Assembly (NCBI RefSeq): GCF_001194135.2 | Contig: NC_068986.1 | Span: 81,403,967 to 81,467,966, forward strand | Reading direction: 5' to 3' | DNA from: Octopus bimaculoides | Taxonomy: Eukaryota | DNA length: 64,000 bases | In this document: positions 14,175-21,621 of the stretch, piece by piece | Position numbering within the stretch: the stretch's first letter is position 1 | Layout: each line of letters begins with the position of its first letter | The notes under the pieces: model-generated | The model's database searches: none | The model's input: the letters and a program-made list of their open reading frames with translations, nothing else | What the model was told of the DNA's origin: nothing | Translations under genes and position numbers: made by a program

Positions 14175-17100
14175 TATATCCTTTAAGTTCGTTTATGGGA
14201 AACATTGTGAATATGCATATAAAAACTCCTATTCTATTATGCTGGCTACAGCTTAATGATGCCAACTTGCAATACCAGTTTTTTGGGATTGCACCAAGGA
14301 TTATTCTTGTTATTACTATATATCATTTGCTTTGTCTTTTTTTTTCTATGCTGGCATGGGTTAAACAGAAACACGTTTTACAACCATACAGCTAGATGCT
14401 CTTCCTATTGCCAACCCTTCTGTTTTCAAGTAAAGGATTTTTATTTCATTGGTTTTTGAAAGCACACAAGCAACAGGATGTATTTTTAAGATGGAATGTA
14501 ACATAGCAGTTTTTATGCAGGCAATAACAATCACGTGGTACATCAGCATCCACACTCATATAAACATAGACGATGTCATTATATTGACCAGATGTTGTAA
14601 CAAACAGCTGATCACAATGCTCAAAACGTCATAGCCAAATACTGCAAGGCATTTTGCCTAACACTAACAATTCAGCAGATCTACTACCCTAATAACACCA
14701 ACACCAACAATAATAATAATGATAACAACAACAAGAATAGAAATTCAATACTTACATTCTGCTGATACTGGCCATAAGGTGGTACATTACCGTACTGTTG
14801 TGGCATATTGTAATACCTAGTAAAGACGAAGAGGAATGTAATAAACTATATATCAAAGAAATAGGAACTAAACAGGTTTAATAGACAACAATAATAATCT
14901 TGAGGAGATTGCACAATAAATGTGTTATCTGCTGGATCATACTTACTGTCCATAAGGATACTGAGAATACATATTATAGTTGTTGTTGTAGTAGAAGTTG
15001 TTGCCATAATTACTGCCATTGTTGTTGCTGTTGTTGTTAGACTGGTCAGGTAAGTTCATGTTAGGATGGGGTGGTGGTGGTGGTGGTGGCATTTGTTGCA
15101 TGCTGTGGCCAACATTACCAGCTGGGTGAGGACTCTGAAGAGGTGGCGGAGGCATTGGTTGACAGGGTAAGACAGAAGCCGGCAGACCAAGACTTTGTTG
15201 AGCTGAAAGGACAGCAGCTTTTGTTGGACTTGTATCTTTGCAGCTATCAGTGTCAGTCTTTAACTTTAAACCACTTACAGCCTCTAATGCTTTCCGAGCA
15301 GTTTCCCATTCTGGTTTATTAGGATACATTACATTATCAGAACTAAAACAAAGAGTTTAAATGAAAATTTTAAAAAACAATTAAAAATTGTTTGAAGACA
15401 AGAATCTCAATAACAGCTAAAATAAAATAAAAAAGAATACAGGTGCAAAGAATCAAATATGTTAAGTATGTTGACATTTTGTTCCACTAGTTTATTTATT
15501 CTGCAGGTGAAATATAACAGATATGCAAGCTAACTAATAATCAGAACTATGTTTTTATGCTACATTATAATCTAAAGTAGAAAGAAACAATATCATTACT
15601 ATAAAAAACAAACTTCTCATGAAAGTATTGGGATCTTTTTTAAAACGGGGGCCACATTTTTCATTAACGAAACACTTTGAAACTTGGATCACTGGTAGAA
15701 TGTGTCATATAAAACATCTTTTTCTCTTAGTCTTCTTAAAAAAAAAAAGAAATCCATAAATTATTCCATGTTAAAGTTGTCGTATTTCTGTAATTTCAAC
15801 CAATCACTGACGTCCATTCAGCCGATATACATTAAGTGCCGCCTACATAAACAAACGATTCTGAAACAATTAACCCTAACCCTAGGGTTAGGGTTAAAGC
15901 AAATTTAAAATGAAAAAAAAAAAAAANNNNNNNNNNCGCTTAATCAGCCAAAGGAGTAAATATAAACAACTGAATACTTGTCAGTGATTGGTTGAAATTA
16001 TCGAAATAAGACAATTTTTTACATGAAATAAATTCGAATACAAAAATATTTTTCTGTTCTATAACACAAAATAGATAAGTATACGGAGTTTGAAAGTCTT
16101 TCCGTACCAAAAACACTACGTAAAACATTAATGAAAAATGTGGCCCCCGTTTTAAAATAGATCCAAGTATTGTAATAAAGCTGCAAGAATAAGAACAGGC
16201 TAGACGAAGTTCAGAGAGCTTCTACCTTTGTTGGTAACAAAGAGCCTCTCCCTCAGAGTGAAAGGTAGATTGTATGATGCTTGTGTGCAAACAACTATGC
16301 TACAAGGCAGTGAAACATGAGCTGTGACTGCAGAGGATATGCAAAAGCTTGAAAGAAATGAACTCAGTATGCTTTGTTGAATGTGCAATGTCAGTGTGCA
16401 TGTAAAAGAGAGTGTGTCACAAGAGAAAAATTGGGTACAAGAGGGAGGGCACAAGATGTAGTGTGCAAGAGAGAAGACTGTACTGATATGGCTATGTGGC
16501 GCATATGGACAAGGACAGATGCATAAATAAGTGCTGATCTCTAACTGTGGAGGGAACCTGTGGAAGAGGAAGACCCAGGATGACACGGGATGAGGCAGTG
16601 AAATAAAATCTTTGGAAGTTGTGTCTCATGGAGGCAATGACAAGTGGCCGAGACTTCTGGCAATTTGCTGTGCTTGAGAAGACACATTAAGTTAAGTGAA
16701 ACTACACTCATGGCCAGTGCTAGTGATGTGTAAAAGGTGCCTGTGCTGGTGACATGTGTGAGGCACCCATGCTGGTGAGACATAAAAGGCACCCATGCGA
16801 GTGATATGTAAAAGGCATCCATGCCGGTGTGTTAGGAATGGTATCTAGTTGTAGAAACTAGGCCAAAACGGACTGGAACCTAGTGCAGCTTTCCATCTTA
16901 CCAGTTCTAGTCGCACTGTCTAGCCCATGCCAATGTGGAAAATGGACACTAAATGATGATGTCAAAGATATTTAATGAAGATAAACACTACATGAAAGAA
17001 AGGCTGTTGGTGAAAAAACTGAGGGTGGTAGCAAAGATCATCACAATCATCATTCAAAAGGATAACACACTATTTTCCCACATCATATTTCCAGTGCTTC

Positions 17101-20100
17101 GTTATTTCATGTGCGTCACCCAGTATTTTGAGATCAGACTTAATCACATTTTATTCTTCTATGGTTACTGTCCATTATTACCATACAACACTTTGTAACC
17201 AAGTCCATATCAGTGTAATCTTTTCTTGCATACATCACCTGACAACTTTCAAGAAATCATACTCAAGCCATTCTTCTTCGGTTCCCATAGATCAACTACA
17301 GAAGTCCCACTACCAAATAGTATCACACATTTTTATAAATTCTTCATATAATCTATCTTCATATGATGAGAAAAAATATTTATAATAGGTCACTGAACTG
17401 TGACCACATCTTTGCTTTTATTCTAATGTCTACCGCTTTATTAGAGCCATCTCCAGGACTAAGTCACTAGAAACTAATAATTACATCTTGTGAGTCATCT
17501 TGATACTTCATGGGTTTTATTTCCATTTCTTTCAGTACATTTAGTCTGTTAGCCTGCTATAGACTCCACTATACTTTTTGTATACAAACTATTAAGTCCT
17601 ACCTACTCATTTCCTACGGAGAAGCTACCTCCCAGATGCTGAACTATTTAAATTTTTCTTTTTAATCTATAGATAAAATTAAAGAAACCTTGGGTTTTAA
17701 TCAAGCATCTCTCAAATAAACATGAAGTGAATGCCCTTTAGCAATAAAATAGTGAGGGAAGTCAAAGTAAATCACTTTACAAAAGATTAATTTCACAATT
17801 ATCAAAATAAAATGTATATGAAATCACAGTAATGATGACATTAGTAGCTGACAGCAGCATCCAGCATTTAGTTTGAAGTACTTTAATAGCTGACAGAAGT
17901 ATCCAGTGTTTTGTTTGATGTACTTTAGTAGCAGACAAAAGGAAGTTTTTGAGAGGTTACTGCAAAAAAACTTGTTTTGGAAGTAGACTTCTCTTGCAAT
18001 AATTTTGAGAAGTAGATAATGGAATTTTACATAATGAACAATTTTCTTTAACTAATTATGGCAATCATTCAAATTTCCTACATTTCTTCAACATTACAAC
18101 CAAATAGTTACACCAAAATTTGTTGTGAAAAAAAAAAAGTTCTTCAGTATATATTTCCTTGTGCACGCCTAAATACCTCTCTGCCCCTTTGTAATTGTTG
18201 CTTCTAAACCATTTTTTTTACAAATTAAAGGGTCCCCCCCCCCTTTTTTACAGTTTTCTAAATTGCAGAAACGGTTCCATTTGAGTAGAAATTTGATCAA
18301 AGGAATTTCAGCCAACAATATTCCTTTTTGTACATCTTGGAAAAGTTTGTCCAATATACAATTCCTATTGCTTTTTAAATAAGTCTTACACTTTACAGAG
18401 TAATCAGAATGCTAAAGGCCAACAGAAATCTAATTTTTTTAAATTAGATTTTTCATTCAATCTGAATACTTTAAAATAGACAATCAAGAGCAGATTCATC
18501 AACAATGCCTTAAGTTCACTTTTCCATAGAAAGAGGAATTTTCTGAGGCAGTATGTTACCAGATGCTCTTGCTATCACCAGTCCTTTCAGCAACTATTAC
18601 AACATACAGAAACACGGTATACTTTGGTGCTAATCTGCATTGAGTCACATCGAACAATTTAAAGAAAATGGATTTAAGAGGCATCAGATGTGGTGTGCAA
18701 GAGAGATGACTGCACTGGTATGGTCATGAGTTGCAAATGAATGAGGACAGTTGTGTGAAAAAGTGTCACACCCTAGCAGTTGAGGGAACCTGTGGAAGAG
18801 GTAGACCTAGGAAAACCTGGGATGAGGTGGAGAAGCACGACCTTCGAACATTGGGCCTTACTGAGGCAATGACTAGTGACTGGGACCTTTGGAGATATGC
18901 TGTGCTTGAGAAGACCCGACAAGCCAAGTGAGACCATAGCCCATGGCCTATACAAGTGGGTGTAACAAGCCCACTTATGAATACTCCTCATTCATTGGAC
19001 AATAAATCTTGCTTGTGGAGGCAAGTAAAATCAAAATTAAAAACAAAATTGCTGACGTGGCCGACGAGAGTACCACCAGATTGGCACTCATGCCAGTGGA
19101 ACGTTAAAAGCACATCCAAACGTAGGGTGAAGACCTATTGAGGCAAGTGTAAACAAATCAAAATCACTGACGTGGCCGATGACAGTACCGCCTGATTGGC
19201 ACTCGTGCCAGTGGAACGTTAAAAGCATATCCGAGCGTGATTGTTGCCAGGGCCACGGATTGGCACCGGTACCGGTGACACGTGAAAAACAACATTCGAG
19301 CGTGATCGTTGCCCGTGCCGCCGGACTGGCTCTCATGCAAGTAGCACGTAAAAATACCTTTTGAGTGTGGTCGTTGCCAGAACCACCTGACTGGCCCTCG
19401 TGCCGGTGGCACGTAAAAAGCACCCACTACACTCTCGGCGTGGTTGGCGTTAGGAAGGGCATCCAGCTGTAGAAACTTTGCCAGATCAGATTGAACCTGT
19501 TGCAGCCTCTGGCTTACCAGTCCTCAGTCAAACCGTCCAACCCATGCCAGCATGGAAAGCGGACGTTAAATGATGATGATCTTAACCATGCATGGACAAC
19601 CTGCGACCCTCGGACGAGTTTCAGGGTTACTAATTTCATACTAAGACAAATAAAATTGAAGAACTGCAAAAAATTCAGTGTAAAGTGGGCAAGTAATATT
19701 TCATTTGGAAATGGTACGATACGGCCCCAGTTAAAGAAAAGTTAGTCTACACAATTCCTCCGTAGCTTAACTACAATCTCTCATATAAATGTTATTTAGT
19801 TAATTGCGGGATGGAGTGATCTGATCTTAAATATTTGTTAAAAGTGTTATAATTTTATAGAAATTGTGTATCTTTTCTATTTGTTGTCAGTGTTTAGCCC
19901 GCGGTCAGGGAGTCCAACAATGACATTCCTTCAACCCCGCATCCTTGTAAGACTGCATTAGAAAATGTTCTTTCCTTTCCCTTTTTTTTAATGCGACTGG
20001 ATGTAATATAAGGGAAATTTGGATGTCATTTCTGGCAGGTTTAGTGACTACACAGAAGCTATAGTTATAGACGGTGGGCGTAAAGCGAAAGCAAAAGATA

Positions 20101-21296
20101 AAAGTGGCAGAGTAAAAATAACAACTGAGATATGAATCTAAACAAGCTCCATAATTAAACTGATTTTAATAAATATCAACAATTAATAAATAAGGGGCAA
20201 GTAATGCTCTAATTATGTTAATATTCTAAATGACGGGAGCCTCTGTGTATAGCAGTGCCAATATATGTTAAATGTAACATGAGAAAATCTGAGATGTAGT
20301 GAATGCCGCCATTATAAGGAGTGGCATTGAGGTGGTCTCACTGAAGTTTACAAGTGAAATAGCAGTGAAACTACAGATGGTCCGTCACATCAAATAATAC
20401 AAAAAAGTTTACAGACAAGAATAAATTTGATGCGAAAAACAGAAGCCTAACATTACGGGTAGATTCTTCGCCGAGCAGTTCACCTCAAGACATAAGAATT
20501 CCTTTCTTCCTCACACCAAAATAATTTTTTCCGTTTTATTTGTTGTATTACATCAACGTTCTTTAAACACGATTTTCATTTACAAAACACACGCCATTAT
20601 ATTTTAGAGATACAAAAATGAAACTCACTGTCTTATGTGATTTTTTTCATTTTTCAATAATTATTTGTAAAAATCATCAAGATACTTTTGTGTGACAGTT
20701 TGCTTAATTAACATCGTTATTTTCTATAGCTCTCTTTCCATATATATGTGTATGTAATGACAGCATTGTAGCCTATCTCCAGTGTGTAACATAACCTAAT
20801 ATTACTGTTCTGTGTTAGCTTATAATAATACCAGTTATGTTTTATATAAATACATACACACCAGTTCATATCTACATAACTTACATCAAAGGTAAATCAC
20901 TGAAAGCCCCCGCTATTTATATATCACATATCTGTCCTATATTGCCTCTTTACTTGACATGATACACCAGTCTGTTCCTGATATATATATATATATATAT
21001 ATATACCAACACTGTGTATGTATGTATATGTAAATATATATCAACACTGTGTATGTATGTATATGTAAATATATACCAACAGTATATATGTATATATACA
21101 TAAATCAGTCGATTTCTTTATCAGCACTAGACGCCATATTACAGTAAATTAACCAACACAAAATATTTGCTATAACATTAAAATAGCATTTACTGATCAT
21201 AGTAAAACAACGAATACATTTTAATATACATTCATAATACCTTTCTGATGTCTCCGACCCTGAGGTAGGGTTATTATTCCAAGAAACTGACGACAT
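157..21296 (-). CDS. LENG8: LENG8/THP3-like SAC3/GANP-domain nuclear RNA-processing protein; 15 coding exons in window (~828 codons), final exon beyond left edge
   Basis: All junctions are GT-AG and phase-consistent. The joined peptide has LENG8 hallmarks: [128 protein letters not shown]. Confidence 0.93.
1373..1502 (-). CDS. LENG8: LENG8 exon 14 ([13 protein letters not shown]...YIFTSNTL)
   Basis: 130 nt, ctcttcag acceptor and GTATCC donor, phase 0 to 1. Confidence 0.93.
1603..1671 (-). CDS. LENG8: LENG8 exon 13 ([23 protein letters not shown])
   Basis: 69 nt, ttgcag acceptor and GTAAGT donor. Confidence 0.95.
2030..2200 (-). mobile_element. RTE-tail repeat in LENG8 intron 12
   Basis: CATCATCATTTAAC.TCC..TTTCCAT..TGGCATGG family signature; related copies near 4320-4560 (+), 12995-13270 (-), 14330-14460 (-), 30057-30250 (-), 54530-54750 (+), 55020-55210 (-). 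Confidence 0.75.
2363..2497 (-). CDS. LENG8: LENG8 exon 12 (APDPSTIRP...IRQDLT)
   Basis: 135 nt, tttcag acceptor and GTAAGT donor, SAC3/GANP core. Confidence 0.95.
2831..2923 (-). CDS. LENG8: LENG8 exon 11 ([17 protein letters not shown])
   Basis: 93 nt, tgtccag acceptor and GTAAGT donor, phase 0. Confidence 0.93.
4320..4560 (+). mobile_element. RTE-tail repeat in LENG8 intron 10
   Basis: GTGGCAC.TAAAAAGCACCCACTACACTC ... CCATGCCAGCATGGAA signature. Confidence 0.75.
4921..5059 (-). CDS. LENG8: LENG8 exon 10 ([12 protein letters not shown])
   Basis: 139 nt, ctttag acceptor and GTAAGT donor, phase 2 to 0. Confidence 0.92.
5150..5695 (-). mobile_element. SINE family A copy with expanded internal (CA)/(TA) microsatellite spanning a gap
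   Basis: Reverse complement of the 35067 element on both sides of the N-run. Confidence 0.85.
5992..6165 (-). CDS. LENG8: LENG8 exon 9 (Ser-rich plus RG/RGG-like box)
   Basis: 174 nt, catccag acceptor and GTAAGT donor, phase 2 to 2. Confidence 0.88.
6836..7036. mobile_element. piggyBac-like MITE
   Basis: TTAA flanks; CCCTTTA.CATT ... GAATGCT.AAG.G termini. Confidence 0.65.
7673..7912 (-). CDS. LENG8: LENG8 exon 8 ([10 protein letters not shown]-rich)
   Basis: 240 nt; the in-frame acceptor is ctttttag at 7913-7914; AG|GTATTT donor. Confidence 0.85.
8701..8844 (-). CDS. LENG8: LENG8 exon 7 (KDYVQRAF...DWYKEPLP)
   Basis: 144 nt, ttttag acceptor and GTAAGT donor, conserved motif. Confidence 0.93.
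10628..10675 (-). CDS. LENG8: LENG8 exon 6 ([15 protein letters not shown])
   Basis: 48 nt, ttttag acceptor and GTAAGT donor, phase 2 to 2. Confidence 0.88.
11397..11628 (-). CDS. LENG8: LENG8 exon 5 ([10 protein letters not shown]...)
   Basis: tttcttgcag acceptor, GTAAGT donor, phase 1 to 2; motif matches the LENG8 G.KF.I.KR segment. Confidence 0.88.
13290..13580 (-). mobile_element. CRE-like non-LTR retrotransposon C-terminal endonuclease remnant in LENG8 intron 4
   Basis: [25 protein letters not shown] ... [10 protein letters not shown] resembles the KY..L...F.P.AVET.G..GP ... RGNA..IL motif. Confidence 0.55.
13633..13993 (-). CDS. LENG8: LENG8 exon 4 (poly-Q/P region)
   Basis: ttttaacag acceptor, GTTAGT donor, 361 nt open, phase 0 to 1. 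Confidence 0.88.
14756..14816 (-). CDS. LENG8: LENG8 exon 3 ([21 protein letters not shown])
   Basis: 61 nt, ctag acceptor, GTAAGT donor, phase 2 to 0. Confidence 0.85.
14947..15342 (-). CDS. LENG8: LENG8 exon 2 ([12 protein letters not shown]...YPYG)
   Basis: tgttttag acceptor, GTAAGT donor, conserved PEWE.AR.AL motif, P/Q/N/Y-rich. Confidence 0.93.
15631..16164. mobile_element. Non-autonomous foldback DNA transposon, Merlin-like (8-bp TSD, GG-starting TIR), in LENG8 intron 1
   Basis: TIR GGATC.TTTTAAAACGGGGGCCACATTTTTCATTAA at both ends; TSD AAGTATTG at 15623-15630 and 16165-16172; second internal inverted pair; central TTAGGG palindrome. Confidence 0.75.
16380..16960 (+). mobile_element. 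RTE-clade LINE 3' fragment
   Basis: Degenerate ERRL.W.G.V..M...GRGRPR..W ORF end plus family 3' UTR ending (GAT)n. Confidence 0.75.
17842..17945. repeat. Degenerate ~42-bp tandem repeat (about 2.4 units) in LENG8 intron 1
   Basis: TAGTAGCTGACAG.AG.ATCCAG..TTT..GTTTGA.GTACTT repeated. Confidence 0.7.
18680..19580 (+). mobile_element. RTE-clade LINE 3' fragment with tandemly duplicated 3' UTR
   Basis: [31 protein letters not shown]; duplicated ~70-110 bp UTR units; (GAT)n tail. Confidence 0.85.
21241..21296 (-). CDS. LENG8: LENG8 coding exon 1 ([18 protein letters not shown]..)
   Basis: AAG|GTATTA donor, phase 2, joins exon 2 in frame (AG+T=Ser). Further in-frame ATGs at 21341, 21365 and 21431 make the true start uncertain. 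Confidence 0.65.
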
Positions 21297-21359
21297 TAGA
21301 AATATTTCAACGTTCGTAACACAAAAAAAGACATCGGACATAGAACGATAGAATTTAGA

Positions 21360-21369
21360 GCGCATGCGT
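21360..21369. promoter_or_regulatory. NRF1/Ewg-like motif GCGCATGCGT
   Basis: 9/10 match to GCGCATGCGC within the divergent interval. Confidence 0.4.
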
Positions 21370-21564
21370 GCATTAGCATTCAACCAGGCAGCTACTGAAT
21401 GTTTCGTATTTATTACGGTAATATAATTCACTTGTTTCTTCAGAAATTTATATTATAAACATATATATTTAATCGATTAAAGAATCTTTTTTTCAAATTG
21501 TTTATACTATATTTCTAATGTTGATGGGAAGCTAGCTCTGCTTCGCCATCCTGACACAAACTTT

Positions 21565-21576
21565 TATGGCGCCAAT
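21565..21576. promoter_or_regulatory. E2F-like palindrome TGGCGCCA (ATTGGCGC on minus strand)
   Basis: About 50 bp upstream of the MCM10 ATG; replication genes are classic E2F targets. Confidence 0.45.
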
Positions 21577-21621
21577 TTTTTATGTTGTTTCGTTCGTAGA
21601 ATTACGAATTCTGTCTGTACT

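Larger units (their letters stand above)
21297..21621. promoter_or_regulatory. Probable bidirectional promoter shared by LENG8 and MCM10
   Basis: Only ~325 bp between divergent start codons; locally CpG-retaining sequence. Confidence 0.7.

Noticed and set aside
13657-15322. Plus-strand Val/Ala-rich ORFs
   Set aside because: Antisense to the poly-Q/P exons of LENG8.
15327-15334. ATG-TAA start-stop overlapping the ORF-track start at 15329
   Set aside because: The frame is open upstream to the acceptor and exon 1 supplies an in-frame start, so this is probably internal coding sequence rather than a uORF.
21105-21140. AATATGGCG (YY1/Kozak-like) with short [13 protein letters not shown]
   Set aside because: It stops after 10 codons and has only a weak donor; the 21241 donor fits exon 2 better.
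365-21240. Search for intronic C/D snoRNAs in LENG8
   Set aside because: No convincing C box and D box pair with terminal stem was found by eye; a covariance-model search would be needed to exclude them.
21470-21479. TAATCGATTA palindrome resembling a DRE
   Set aside because: It does not match TATCGATA, and short AT-rich palindromes are expected by chance.
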